From: Candidatus Aquilonibacter sp.
Lineage (GTDB): Bacteria > Acidobacteriota > Terriglobia > Terriglobales > Acidobacteriaceae
Assembly: GCA_035486715.1 (NCBI GenBank)
Contig: DATHMV010000033.1
Location: 58,001 to 122,000 of the forward strand
Direction of reading: 5' to 3'
DNA: 64,000 nt
Part shown: piece after piece, positions 1 through 8,636 of the stretch
Layout: every line of letters starts with the position of its first letter
Position numbering within the stretch: position 1 is the stretch's first letter
Translations under genes and position numbers: made by a program
Notes under the pieces: model-generated
What the model saw: the letters and a program-made list of their open reading frames with translations, nothing else
The model's database searches: none
Told to the model about the DNA's origin: nothing

Positions 1-1118
1 GTCTTTTTCCCCTTAGCAAGGATTTTCAATACGAATTTCTGCGATGCCCGACGCGCCGTGGAGTCGTTTTGCATGTGCAGGTCAGTCGGACACGGGGCAT
101 AGTTCACGCAATTGACGGAAAGGCATACGTGCGTCGCGGCGCTCAGAACCTTCCACAAACATCTCCAGAGGAATTAAAGAGACTGGAATTAAACAAAGGG
201 GTCACCTCATTCGAGGGACACACTGTAAACGCGACGAAAGACATAATTGTTGAATCTCCGGTAACGCGAGAATTCCTTAAGAACGTCGTTCCCAATGCTA
301 ATCCCGAGATATGGCTGCGAAAGCAATTGCTCATAGTCAACGATATGCCAACAGTTGCTGGGTTGCTCCTGTTTGCTGAAGAACCGCAAGCTCAAATTCC
401 TAAGCGTTGTGGAATTAAAATCTATCGATACAAAACGGCAGAAGCCACGGGATTCCGTGACGTTTTAGAATTCATCCCGATAACAGTCGAGGGCTGTTTA
501 TACGACCAAATCAAGAAGGCTGTCGATGTGACAATCGAAGAGGTGGAAAAAATCCCACGCATGGGAGAGGAGGAACTAGAAGCAATTAAGTATCCCAAAG
601 AAGCAGTTCACGAAATTATTACAAACGCAGTGATCCACAGAGACTACAGTATCGCCGACGATGTTCACGTCCGGATTTTTGAAAACAGAATCGAAGTGCA
701 AAGCCCCGGCCATTTGCCAGCTCACGTAACTCCACAAAATATTCTTAATGAACGTTTTGCGCGAAACGGCGCAATAGTTCGCCTTCTAAACAAATTTCCG
801 AATCCGCCAAACAGAGATGTCGGGGAAGGGCTAAACACTGCGTTTGAAAAGATGCACGAGTTAGGTCTTAGAGACCCGAGTATCGAAGAGCGGGACAGCG
901 ATGTGTTAGTTACGATTCGCCACGAGCCGCTGGCATCTCCGGAACAGACGATTATGAAGTATCTGGAACAGAACGAATTCATACGGAACAAGAAGGCCCG
1001 AGAAATCACATTCATTAAGGACAGCGACCAGATGAAGCGGATATTGAGTACGATGTCCGCCAACCGTCTAGTGGAGCGCATCGGAGAATTCGGCGGCGTG
1101 AAATATCGCAAGAAGTAG
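1..1118 (+). CDS. ATP-binding regulator-like protein (end of an AlbA_2/Schlafen-type domain, HATPase_c_4 'RecG-like C-terminal' domain, C-terminal winged helix); 5' end lies outside the window
   Basis: The reading frame is open from nt 3 up to the listed TTG at 69, so the CDS is cut by the window edge. KEAVHEIITNAVIHRDYS...IEVQSPGHLP...RNGAIVRLL...VGEGLNTAF matches the HATPase_c_4 signature as I remember it. Confidence 0.75.
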   Translation, partial: LFPLSKDFQYEFLRCPTRRGVVLHVQVSRTRGIVHAIDGKAYVRRGAQNLPQTSPEELKRLELNKGVTSFEGHTVNATKDIIVESPVTREFLKNVVPNANPEIWLRKQLLIVNDMPTVAGLLLFAEEPQAQIPKRCGIKIYRYKTAEATGFRDVLEFIPITVEGCLYDQIKKAVDVTIEEVEKIPRMGEEELEAIKYPKEAVHEIITNAVIHRDYSIADDVHVRIFENRIEVQSPGHLPAHVTPQNILNERFARNGAIVRLLNKFPNPPNRDVGEGLNTAFEKMHELGLRDPSIEERDSDVLVTIRHEPLASPEQTIMKYLEQNEFIRNKKAREITFIKDSDQMKRILSTMSANRLVERIGEFGGVKYRKK

Positions 1119-1146
1119 AAAAATTAGGGAATAGAAAAGAGGTCAC

Positions 1147-1725
1147 ATGGCGACTACGCCCACTCCAAAACCTTCGTCCGGATTACCTCCGGAAGTTTAT
1201 GCAATTTACTGTGGCGGAATCGAGCAAGCAAATTCGCAAAAAGTAGTGAATAGTCTAACCGTTGCGATGGCAAGTAAGGTGGCTCATGTTCATCTTCTCT
1301 TCCAATCTGCTGGGGGTTACATTGCTGACGGAGTGTTCCTTTACAATCTCTTCCGCAGCGTAACCATTGAACTGACGCTCTATAACGCGGGACAAATCTC
1401 CTCCGCTGGTGTCACTGCCTACTTGGGAGCGAAGCATAGGAAAACCACCACCAACGCCACCTTCATGCTGCATCGAAGCACCAACAGTCCCCAGTTTGCT
1501 ACCGCCGCTAAACTCAGCCATGCCGCCAAGAGTCTTGTGCTTGACGATGGGAGAACTGAGGAGATCGTTCGGAGCCATGTTAACTTTCCTCCTGAGCTTT
1601 GGGATTCGCTTGCCTATCACGATATTTACGTGTCCGGCAAAGAGGCGGTTGAGTTTGGACTTGCAGACTCGATAGGGGAATTTTCTCCGCCTCTCGGAAC
1701 GCAAGTATTCAATCTCTTAGCTTAA
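1147..1725 (+). CDS. stand-alone ClpP-fold serine protease (ClpP-like)
   Basis: Alignable by eye to ClpP: LLFQSAGGYIADG (ClpP InSPGG), GQISSAGVTAYLGA (Ser segment), TFMLHRS (His segment, ClpP MIHQP), YHDIYVSGKEAVEFGLAD (Asp plus EA-x-x-GL-x-D tail). An aagagg RBS sits 4 nt before the ATG, and the gap to the upstream gene is 28 nt. Confidence 0.7.
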   Translation: MATTPTPKPSSGLPPEVYAIYCGGIEQANSQKVVNSLTVAMASKVAHVHLLFQSAGGYIADGVFLYNLFRSVTIELTLYNAGQISSAGVTAYLGAKHRKTTTNATFMLHRSTNSPQFATAAKLSHAAKSLVLDDGRTEEIVRSHVNFPPELWDSLAYHDIYVSGKEAVEFGLADSIGEFSPPLGTQVFNLLA

Positions 1726-1799
1726 TTTTAGTCAAGAACAATCGCTACGTCACTAAAGGGATTGCCCGATGTGCAGAAGTGTGCGACTTTTAAGGGAAT

Positions 1800-2072
1800 T
1801 TAATCTACCTTCTTCCACCGGGCTTTAGCAGCGACGCTTGCAATCTGATGTCGTTTTTCCGGAGATAGCTTCCGCGCTCTGGCCGTCCCGCCTTTTAATC
1901 CTCCGGCGCGTTGCGGTTTGGGATGCCGCTTCGATTCGCTAACCGTGTCCTCGGCTTCGCCGATGGCAATGTCGAAAACCTGCTTGGCGAGCTGAACGGG
2001 ATCTCGCGGACGTTTGGCCACGAAAAGAGTATCGCAGATTCCGCGCCGATCATCTACGCTATGAAAATTCAA
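1800..2072 (-). CDS. small basic protein of unknown function with C-terminal GGTARARKLSPEKRHQIASVAAKARWKK motif
   Basis: 90-aa ORF. The KRPRDPVQLAKQVFDIAIGE ... GG-x-ARA-x-KLSPE-x-R-x-IA-x-x-AAKARW pattern recurs in small proteins of many soil bacteria. Homologues as I recall start near KRPRDP, so the GTG at 2021 is an alternative start. Confidence 0.55.
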   Translation of the reverse strand: MNFHSVDDRRGICDTLFVAKRPRDPVQLAKQVFDIAIGEAEDTVSESKRHPKPQRAGGLKGGTARARKLSPEKRHQIASVAAKARWKKVD

Positions 2073-2132
2073 ACTGAGGCACTACCGATGGCTGCAAAGG
2101 CTTGCGCGATTCCCGGAGTTGGACGTAGAATG

Positions 2133-2182
2133 AATTGCGACAGAAAAGGTCGCAATTATATCCGAGTCTTTCAGTCGGATTT
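2133..2182 (+). promoter_or_regulatory. two abutting 25-bp IscR type-1-like operator sites upstream of iscR
   Basis: Site 1 (2133-2157) is AATTGCGAC-agaaaag-GTCGCAATT, a perfect 9-bp inverted repeat. Site 2 (2158-2182) is ATATCCGAGTCTTTCAGTCGGATTT. Both place GAC/GAGT and GTC/AGTC at the spacing of the E. coli type-1 consensus ATASYYGACTRWWWYAGTCRRSTAT. They end 28 nt before the iscR ATG. Confidence 0.6.
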
Positions 2183-2210
2183 GGTAATCAGGTATCACAG
2201 GCCCAGTTGA

Positions 2211-2669
2211 ATGCTGAAGCTGACGAAAAAAGCAGATTACGCGTTGATGGCCATGAAGCATCTGGCGGACCACGCGCAAGAAGGCAGCTCCAGCGCAAAA
2301 GATGTCGCCGATTCCTTTGGCATCCCGCCGGAAGCTTTGGCGAAGATTCTGCAACGGCTGGCAAAGGCCGGATTGCTGAATTCACAGCATGGAACGAACG
2401 GCGGATACAGGCTGGCCAGGGCTGCGCACACGATCTCGGCCTTCGAAGTAATTCAGGCCATCGACGGTCCTTTGTTCATTACTTCCTGTGTCACGGTTCG
2501 CGGCGAGTGTGGGCAGAGTGATCGCTGTAATATCCGCGAGCCGCTGCGCAAGGTGAATGAAAGCATCGAGGCAGTATTGAAACGCATCAAGATTTCACAC
2601 ATGCGCGAAGAGCCGGAAACGGCGGAAGTTGCCGCTTCAAAGCCGGCCGAGTTGGTAACCATCGTCTGA
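2211..2669 (+). CDS. iscR: Rrf2-family [Fe-S] transcriptional regulator IscR
   Basis: [20 protein letters not shown]-terminal wHTH. Cys cluster C-x6-C-x5-C ([15 protein letters not shown]). First gene of the isc operon. Confidence 0.9.
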   Translation: MLKLTKKADYALMAMKHLADHAQEGSSSAKDVADSFGIPPEALAKILQRLAKAGLLNSQHGTNGGYRLARAAHTISAFEVIQAIDGPLFITSCVTVRGECGQSDRCNIREPLRKVNESIEAVLKRIKISHMREEPETAEVAASKPAELVTIV

Positions 2670-2716
2670 ACGCAAAATTAGAAGATTTGCAATTCACCAG
2701 GGTAGGAGAAGCAATT

Positions 2717-4000
2717 ATGAGCACGGATGTAAAAGTCCCCCAGCAACTGACAGCGACGCACGTTCCCGCTCCCAAGGGAGTGAAGCTGCCCATATATATG
2801 GATAACCACGCCACCACCCCCATGGATCCGCGAGTGCTTGAAGAGATGCTGCCGTTTTTCATGGAAAAGTTCGGCAACGCCGCTAGCCGCAATCACTCGT
2901 TCGGCTGGGCTGGTGAAGAAGGCGTCGAGACAGCGCGCGAGCGCATCGCCAAGTTGATCGGCGCGACTACCAAAGAAATCATCTTCACCTCCGGTGCCAC
3001 CGAGAGCGACAATCTCGCCATCAAGGGCGTGGCTGAGATGTACCGCGAAAAGGGCAATCACATCATCACCGCGGTCACGGAGCACAAAGCAGTGCTCGAT
3101 ACCTGCAAGCGCCTGGAAAAATACGGCTATCGCGTGACGTATTTGCCGGTGCAGAAGAATGGCTTGATTGACCTCGAAGATCTGAAGCGCGCCATGGATG
3201 ACAAGACCATCCTGGTTACGATCATGGCCGCGAACAATGAAATTGGCGTGGTGCAGCCCATCGCGGAAATCGGCAAGCTTTGTCATGAGCGCGGCATCAT
3301 TTTCCACACCGATGCGACCCAGGCAGTCGGCAAGATTCCGATCGATGTGAACAAGATGAACATCGACCTGATGTCGATCTCCGGCCACAAAATGTATGGG
3401 CCAAAGGGTGTTGGCGCTTTGTATGTGCGTCGCAAAAATCCGCGTGTGCAGATTTCCGCCATCATCGATGGCGGCGGCCACGAGCGCGGCATGCGTTCCG
3501 GAACCTTGAACGTTGCGGGCATCGTCGGCCTAGGCAAGGCTTGTGCCATTGCTTCCGAAGAAATGTCGCACGAGGCGGTAAAGCTAAGCGGCTTGCGCGA
3601 CCGTCTGCGCGACCGCATCATGAGCCGCCTAGATGAAACCTATATCAACGGCACCATGGAGCACCGCCTGCCCGGCAACCTGAACATCAGTTTTGCCTAC
3701 GTGGAAGGCGAGTCGCTGCTGATGGGCATTAACGATATCGCAGTTTCCAGCGGTTCGGCCTGCACCTCAGCGACGCTTGAGCCATCTTATGTATTAAAGG
3801 CTCTCGGTACCGGCGACGACTTGGCGCACAGTTCAATCCGCTTCGGCATTGGCCGCTTCAACACCGAAGCCGAAGTCGATTACGTGGCAGATCGCGTGAT
3901 CGAAACGGTCGAGCGTTTGCGCGAGCTTTCTCCGCTCTATGAGATGGCGAAAGAAGGCATCAATTTGGCGGATGTGAAGTGGGCAGGAGAAGCGCACTAG
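2717..4000 (+). CDS. iscS: cysteine desulfurase IscS
   Basis: [28 protein letters not shown] (PLP Lys) and SSGSACTS (active-site Cys loop). The ATG at 2717 follows an aggaga RBS; the listed ORF start at 2687 is probably too far upstream. Confidence 0.95.
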   Translation: MSTDVKVPQQLTATHVPAPKGVKLPIYMDNHATTPMDPRVLEEMLPFFMEKFGNAASRNHSFGWAGEEGVETARERIAKLIGATTKEIIFTSGATESDNLAIKGVAEMYREKGNHIITAVTEHKAVLDTCKRLEKYGYRVTYLPVQKNGLIDLEDLKRAMDDKTILVTIMAANNEIGVVQPIAEIGKLCHERGIIFHTDATQAVGKIPIDVNKMNIDLMSISGHKMYGPKGVGALYVRRKNPRVQISAIIDGGGHERGMRSGTLNVAGIVGLGKACAIASEEMSHEAVKLSGLRDRLRDRIMSRLDETYINGTMEHRLPGNLNISFAYVEGESLLMGINDIAVSSGSACTSATLEPSYVLKALGTGDDLAHSSIRFGIGRFNTEAEVDYVADRVIETVERLRELSPLYEMAKEGINLADVKWAGEAH

Positions 4001-4039
4001 AATTCTGAGCTAGGGCACGGCTAGCCGCTTGCAAACGCT

Positions 4040-4120
4040 CCGAAGGGGCAGCACGATATTAGCCCAGCGCTTCAGCGCTGGGTGGGCATAAGAAAGAAAA
4101 ACAAGTCCCGTAGGGACGGC
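4040..4120. repeat. REP-like structured intergenic repeat (iscS-iscU spacer)
   Basis: Hairpins CCCAGCGC-ttca-GCGCTGGG (4063-4082) and GTCCC-gta-GGGAC (4105-4117). Same architecture as the unit at 4618-4680. Confidence 0.5.
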
Positions 4121-4146
4121 ATAGATTTCAAGTTCGAGGAGAGCAC

Positions 4147-4563
4147 ATGTCATACAGCGATAAAGTAATCGATCATTACAACAATCCCCGTAACGTAGGC
4201 TCGATGGACAAGAGCAGCGCGGACGTGGGTACCGGCCTCGTCGGCGCTCCCGAGTGCGGCGATGTCATGAAGCTACAGATCAAGGTCAACCGCGAGACCA
4301 ACGTGATTGAGGAAGCCAAGTTCAAGACCTTCGGATGCGGCTCCGCAATTGCGTCGTCTTCACTTGCCACCGAGTGGGTTAAGGGCAAGACGGTGGATGA
4401 AGCTCTCGCCATCAAGAACATGGACATCGTGAAGGAGCTATCGCTTCCTCCGGTGAAGATCCATTGTTCGGTGCTGGCCGAAGACGCGATCCGCGCCGCC
4501 ATCGGCGACTGGAAGAAAAAGCAGGAAGCAGCGCAGCCGGTTGCCTCGACCGTAGCGCAGTAG
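4147..4563 (+). CDS. iscU: Fe-S cluster scaffold IscU
   Basis: YNNPRNVG, GAPECGDVMKLQIKV, FKTFGCGSAIASSS and HCSVLAEDAI: the three conserved Cys in canonical context. Confidence 0.97.
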   Translation: MSYSDKVIDHYNNPRNVGSMDKSSADVGTGLVGAPECGDVMKLQIKVNRETNVIEEAKFKTFGCGSAIASSSLATEWVKGKTVDEALAIKNMDIVKELSLPPVKIHCSVLAEDAIRAAIGDWKKKQEAAQPVASTVAQ

Positions 4564-4617
4564 GTTTGCCGGCGGCGGGGCTTTGGAGAGGGGGCTCAGC
4601 CGCACAAACGGCCGGGA

Positions 4618-4680
4618 AGGCGCGACTTTAGTCGTGCCGATAAGGCCGGTCATATCTCGCGGCTTTAGCCGCTGAGGTAC
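4618..4680. repeat. REP-like structured intergenic repeat (iscU-iscA spacer)
   Basis: Two ttta-loop hairpins: GCGCGAC-ttta-GTCGTGC (4620-4637) and GCGGC-ttta-GCCGC (4659-4672). The flank CATATCTCGC...GCTGAGGT parallels GATATTAGCC...GCTGGGT at 4054-4084. Confidence 0.5.
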
Positions 4681-4696
4681 CGCGTCAGGAATTGGA

Positions 4697-5089
4697 ATGA
4701 CAACAGCAACCGAACAAACGATACAACCCGCGAAACCTTCGCAAAACGCACCAGTCAAAGGCATTCAAGTCACCGACAAAGCCTTGGATAAAGTACGTAG
4801 CGCGATGGCCAAAGAAAACATCTCGCCCGATCAAGGCGGTTTGCGCCTGGGAGTGCAGGGTGGTGGGTGTTCCGGTCTAAGCTATAACATCCGCTTCGAC
4901 ACGCAGCCGCGCGAACGGGACCGCATCTTCCAGTTCAACGATGTGCGCGTGTTCGTCGATCCGAAGTCGTTTATATATCTGCATGGCATGATCTTGGATT
5001 ATCAGGAAACGCTGATGCAGCAGGGGTTCGTCTTCGTGAATCCGCAGGCCACCAAGTCGTGCGGCTGTGGCACCTCGTTCTCCGCTTGA
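4697..5089 (+). CDS. iscA: A-type Fe-S carrier IscA/ErpA (HesB family)
   Basis: GGGCSGLSY ... C-terminal CGCGTSFS motif. Confidence 0.9.
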   Translation: MTTATEQTIQPAKPSQNAPVKGIQVTDKALDKVRSAMAKENISPDQGGLRLGVQGGGCSGLSYNIRFDTQPRERDRIFQFNDVRVFVDPKSFIYLHGMILDYQETLMQQGFVFVNPQATKSCGCGTSFSA

Positions 5090-5105
5090 GGTTCTGCCTG
5101 TGTGG

Positions 5106-5125
5106 CTCGGACACTCCTGTCCGAG
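5106..5125. repeat. short GC hairpin repeat unit (iscA-hscB spacer)
   Basis: CTCGGACA-ctcc-TGTCCGAG perfect 8-bp stem, 17 nt after the iscA stop and with no U-tract. The GGACAGGAGTGTCC-type unit is a repeat class I recognise from acidobacterial genomes. Confidence 0.5.
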
Positions 5126-5191
5126 AAAGTTCACCACGAAGCTAGCTGTCTCAGCAGCAGGACCCGCTCCATGTAAGGTTTTACGGAAGCT

Positions 5192-5950
5192 ATGACGAAT
5201 ACTTTGACCACCATTTCCGCAAAGCCAGCACCAGAGGGAACTCAATCCTGCTGGTCCTGCCACTCAATACGCGCACTACACTTCTGCGAAGCCTGCGGCA
5301 AGGTGCAGCCGCCTGCGCCGGTGGACTATTTCACTTTTTTCAGCCTGCCGCGCAAGTTAAATCTCGACGTGGCGGCACTAGATAAAGATTTTTACGAATT
5401 AAGCCGCAAGCTCCATCCCGATCTCAATGCCCGCGCCGGCAGCCAGGAGCAGGAATGGAGCCTGCAACAAAGTTCTCTGCTCAACGACGCGCATCGCACT
5501 TTAAAAGATCCAATCAAACGCACTGAATATCTTCTGAAGCTTGAAGGCGTGGAACTGGAAGAACAGTCGAAAGCGGCCACCGAAAAGGCGCGCTCTACTG
5601 GGCAAGTCAAGAAGCAAATCGTTCCACCGGACTTGCTGGAAGAAGTCTTCGAACTGAACATGCAGCTCGAAGAATTGCGCGGCCTGAAAAAGATGGGTGA
5701 AGACGATCCCGCGCTGATCGAAGAGATCGGCCGCCAGAAGCTCGAACTCGAAGAGAAGCAGGACGCGCTGCTGCGTGAACTTCAGGGTCACTGGAAGATG
5801 TGGGATGCGATGATCCAGCGCGAGCATAACGGCCAACCCGTCTCCGATGAAGAGCGCAGGCAGGCGCGCAACAGAATGATCGATGTATTGAACCGCCGCA
5901 ATTACATCCGCAACTTGGTGCGGGATGTAAGCGAGGTACTGGAGCAGTAG
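5192..5950 (+). CDS. hscB: Fe-S co-chaperone HscB (J-domain) with N-terminal CxxC-x8-CxxC zinc finger
   Basis: J-domain with LHPD tripeptide (SRKLHPDLN). The C-terminal helical domain is acidic. Lies between iscA and hscA. Cys20/23/32/35 form the finger. Confidence 0.85.
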   Translation: MTNTLTTISAKPAPEGTQSCWSCHSIRALHFCEACGKVQPPAPVDYFTFFSLPRKLNLDVAALDKDFYELSRKLHPDLNARAGSQEQEWSLQQSSLLNDAHRTLKDPIKRTEYLLKLEGVELEEQSKAATEKARSTGQVKKQIVPPDLLEEVFELNMQLEELRGLKKMGEDDPALIEEIGRQKLELEEKQDALLRELQGHWKMWDAMIQREHNGQPVSDEERRQARNRMIDVLNRRNYIRNLVRDVSEVLEQ

Positions 5951-6026
5951 CAGTCAGTACTTGGCAATCAGCATTCAGCCATGAGGTTTTTCGTAAACTG
6001 CTACGAACCGCGCTTAGCTGAATGCA
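5951..6026. repeat. GCATTCAGC/GCTGAATGC-type REP hairpin (hscB-hscA spacer)
   Basis: CAGTCAGTACTTGGCAATCAGCATTCAGCC (5951-5980). GCATTCAGC (5971-5979) pairs with GCTGAATGC (6017-6025). Same sequence family as 8537-8620. Confidence 0.5.
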
Positions 6027-7941
6027 AACTACAGTTTCTATGACAACAGATCGCATCGTCGGCATCGACCTGGGCACCACGAACTCACTCGTGGCCTTCA
6101 TGCAGGGGGAGAGCCCCGTCGTGATTCCCGGCGAGGATGGATCGAATCTTGTACCCTCGGTTGTTGCGCTCGACCAGAACAATCAGCCCGTCATAGGCAA
6201 CGCCGCACGCAATTCTTTGATCTCTACCCCCGACCGCGCCGTCTACTCGATCAAACGCCTCATGGGACGCGGCATTGACGATGTTCAGCAAGAATTGAAA
6301 TTCTTCCCGTTTCGTCTGGCGGAAGATTTGCAAGCCGGCGAAGTCTTGCGGATCAAGCTAGGCGAGAAAACATTCACCCCGCCGAAAATTTCAGCTCTGA
6401 TTCTCCGCCAGCTCAAACGCAATGCCGAACGCTTTTTCGGAGGGCCGGTCGCGAAAGCTGTCATCACCGTTCCCGCGTATTTCAACGACGCGCAGCGTCA
6501 GGCCACGAAAGACGCCGGCCGCATCGCCGGACTCGAAGTGCTTCGCCTGGTGAACGAACCGACGGCCGCATCGCTCGCTTACGGCCTCGACAAAAAACAG
6601 AACGGAGTCGTCGCGGTCTACGATCTTGGCGGCGGTACCTTTGATATTTCCATTCTCAAGCTGCACGATGGCATCTTCGAAGTCATCGCCACCAACGGCG
6701 ACACGCACCTCGGCGGCGACGACATCGACAATCTGTTAATTACGATCGCGCTCGATGACCTTCAAGGCGATCTTGGCCTCGATTTCCGGCGCAACGCGGA
6801 AGCCGTGCAGGCCATTCGCAAATCCGTAATCGAAGCCAAAATCGCGCTCTCATCGCAGCCCTCGGCGAAGCTCGATGTCGAACTGCCCGGCGGCAAACGT
6901 TACCTGCGCGAGATAACGCGCGAACAATTCGAACAGCTTATTCAGCCCATCATCGACCGAACCGTGGGCCCGTGTAAGCAAGCTTTAAAAGACGCTGGAC
7001 TGAAGCCCGAGCAAATTGACGAGGCCGTACTCGTCGGCGGTTCAACCAGAATCCCGAAAGTTCGTGCATTGGTAAAAGAGCTTTTTCACCGCGAGCCTCA
7101 TACCGATCTGAATCCAGATGAAGTTGTCGCGCTGGGTGCGGCTGTGCAGGCCAACATTCTTGGAGGTGGCTCCGAAGCCACCGAAAACATGCTGCTGCTC
7201 GATGTCACGCCGTTGTCGCTCGGCATCGAAGTTGCGGGTGGCGTCACCGACAAAATCATTCTGCGCAATTCAACGATTCCAGCCTCAGCCACGCAGCACT
7301 ACACCACGCAAGTAGACGGGCAGGCCAGCGTCGCGATTCACGTGCTGCAAGGCGAGCGCGAACTGGCCAAAGATTGCCGTTCGCTGGCGCGCTTCGATCT
7401 CAAGGGCATTCCTCCAATGGCCGCTGGGATGGCGCGCATCGAAGTCAAATTCCTCATCGATGCCAACGGCATCCTGAGCGTTTCGGCCCGCGAGCAGCGT
7501 AGCGGCAAGGAAGCCGAGATTCAAGTTCAACCGAGTTACGGCCTCACCGACGAGCAAGTCGAATGCATGATTCTTGATTCCTTCGACAGCGCGGAAGAAG
7601 ATTTTCGCCAGCGCCAGGTGATTGAAGCGCGCAACGAAGCAGAAACGATCCTCGCCGCCCTTGAAAAAGGCAAGAAGAGTCCGGCATGGGGACATCTCAC
7701 CACCGATGAGAAGAAAAAGATCGCCAGGATGGAAAAGTCTCTGATCGCCGTGAAATCCGATGACGATTACCAGGCCATTCGCAAAGCCATCGACGAGCTT
7801 AATCAGGGTACGACGCGGCTCGCGGAGTTGATGATGGACAGTGCCGTCTCCGTCGCGTTGAAAGGCAAGACCATGGACGAAGCCGATATGGGCGAAGGGC
7901 CGACGGCTCCGCATCCAATGGCCAAAGCCGAGTTCGAGTGA
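6022..7941 (+). CDS. hscA: Fe-S-specific Hsp70 chaperone HscA
   Basis: [26 protein letters not shown] and [12 protein letters not shown]. The first ATG (6022) lies inside the repeat arm, so the ATG at 6040 ([12 protein letters not shown]) is an equally plausible start. Confidence 0.95.
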   Translation: MQTTVSMTTDRIVGIDLGTTNSLVAFMQGESPVVIPGEDGSNLVPSVVALDQNNQPVIGNAARNSLISTPDRAVYSIKRLMGRGIDDVQQELKFFPFRLAEDLQAGEVLRIKLGEKTFTPPKISALILRQLKRNAERFFGGPVAKAVITVPAYFNDAQRQATKDAGRIAGLEVLRLVNEPTAASLAYGLDKKQNGVVAVYDLGGGTFDISILKLHDGIFEVIATNGDTHLGGDDIDNLLITIALDDLQGDLGLDFRRNAEAVQAIRKSVIEAKIALSSQPSAKLDVELPGGKRYLREITREQFEQLIQPIIDRTVGPCKQALKDAGLKPEQIDEAVLVGGSTRIPKVRALVKELFHREPHTDLNPDEVVALGAAVQANILGGGSEATENMLLLDVTPLSLGIEVAGGVTDKIILRNSTIPASATQHYTTQVDGQASVAIHVLQGERELAKDCRSLARFDLKGIPPMAAGMARIEVKFLIDANGILSVSAREQRSGKEAEIQVQPSYGLTDEQVECMILDSFDSAEEDFRQRQVIEARNEAETILAALEKGKKSPAWGHLTTDEKKKIARMEKSLIAVKSDDDYQAIRKAIDELNQGTTRLAELMMDSAVSVALKGKTMDEADMGEGPTAPHPMAKAEFE

Positions 7942-7958
7942 TTGTAATGCAAGTAATT

Positions 7959-8085
7959 GTCATCCTGAGCAGAGGAAGACTTCGCGAAGGCGAAGTCTTA
8001 CGGAGTCGAAGGATCCCTGTTGGATCGACACTGTCGTAAAGCTGGTGGGTGGCATAGAGATCCTTACGACTTCGTTCAGGATGAC
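7959..8085. repeat. MITE-like composite of two inverted GTCATCCTGA...GGATC repeat units (hscA-fdx spacer)
   Basis: Perfect 10-bp terminal inverted repeat: GTCATCCTGA (7959-7968) and TCAGGATGAC (8076-8085). There is an internal 10-bp stem AAGACTTCGC-gaag-GCGAAGTCTT (7976-7999). The right unit reverse-complemented reads GTCATCCTGAACGAAGTCGTAAGGATC, close to the 25-mer at 11492. Confidence 0.55.
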
Positions 8086-8110
8086 AAACAAAAGTGAGAT
8101 CGAGGTGAAG

Positions 8111-8527
8111 ATGGCAGAAGAAAAAACACAATCCGCCGGTACGCTGACGGAAGAAGCTCCGGGCGAAAACACAGTGCAGATCACGTTCTTGCCCGAAGGC
8201 AAGACGGTGCAGTTCGAGCATGGCAAGCTGCCCTACCAAGATCACGGCAGAGAAGAATCGATTCTCGATATTGCACTGAATTATGGAATTACGCTCGACC
8301 ACGCCTGTGGCGGCAATTGCGCCTGCACCACTTGCCACGTGTGGATCAAAGAGGGCGCCGAAAATCTGTCCCCGATGGAAGACGACGAAGCCGACCGTCT
8401 GGACATGGCCGCCGACTTGCAGTTAAACTCGCGTCTCGGTTGCCAGGTACAGATCACGAAGCCGGGAAAAGTTGTAGTCGAGATTCCGGCTTGGAACCGC
8501 AACTACATATCGGAAGAACACCACTAA
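8111..8527 (+). CDS. fdx: [2Fe-2S] ferredoxin Fdx (adrenodoxin type)
   Basis: ACGGNCACTTCHVWI ... LGCQV Cys pattern. The ATG at 8111 follows gaggtgaag. The longer listed ORF (from 8045) would translate through the repeat element. Confidence 0.9.
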   Translation: MAEEKTQSAGTLTEEAPGENTVQITFLPEGKTVQFEHGKLPYQDHGREESILDIALNYGITLDHACGGNCACTTCHVWIKEGAENLSPMEDDEADRLDMAADLQLNSRLGCQVQITKPGKVVVEIPAWNRNYISEEHH

Positions 8528-8536
8528 GGCAGCCGT

Positions 8537-8620
8537 CAGCACTTAGCAGGCAGCATTTCAGCCATTCCGGCATAACTGACTTTTGAATGGCTGAATGCTA
8601 AGTGCTGAATGCTGAGTGCT
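8537..8620. repeat. long imperfect REP hairpin plus tandem GTGCTGAATGCT units (fdx-iscX spacer)
   Basis: CAGCACTTAGCAGGCAGCATTTCAGCCATTC (8537-8567) pairs with GAATGGCTGAATGCTAAGTGCTG (8585-8607), followed by AATGCTGAGTGCT. Confidence 0.55.
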
Positions 8621-8636
8621 TGCAAGGAGCTTTCCC

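Noticed and set aside
2678-3481. 267-aa ORF antisense to iscS. Similar long antisense or alternate-frame ORFs occur at 7285-7914, 13359-14102, 16234-16932, 42610-43461, 52047-52952 and 56964-57707.
   Set aside because: Each lies entirely within a confidently identified gene on the other strand or frame. Their products are Arg/Ala/Gly-rich with no recognisable motifs, as expected for stop-poor alternate frames in GC-rich coding DNA.
8581-8620. Tandem GCTGAATGCT/AAGTGCTGAATGCT units that could be mistaken for a mini CRISPR or tandem-repeat array.
   Set aside because: There are only 2-3 short units, no unique spacers and no cas genes. The sequence is one arm of a REP-type hairpin whose family recurs at 5951-6026.
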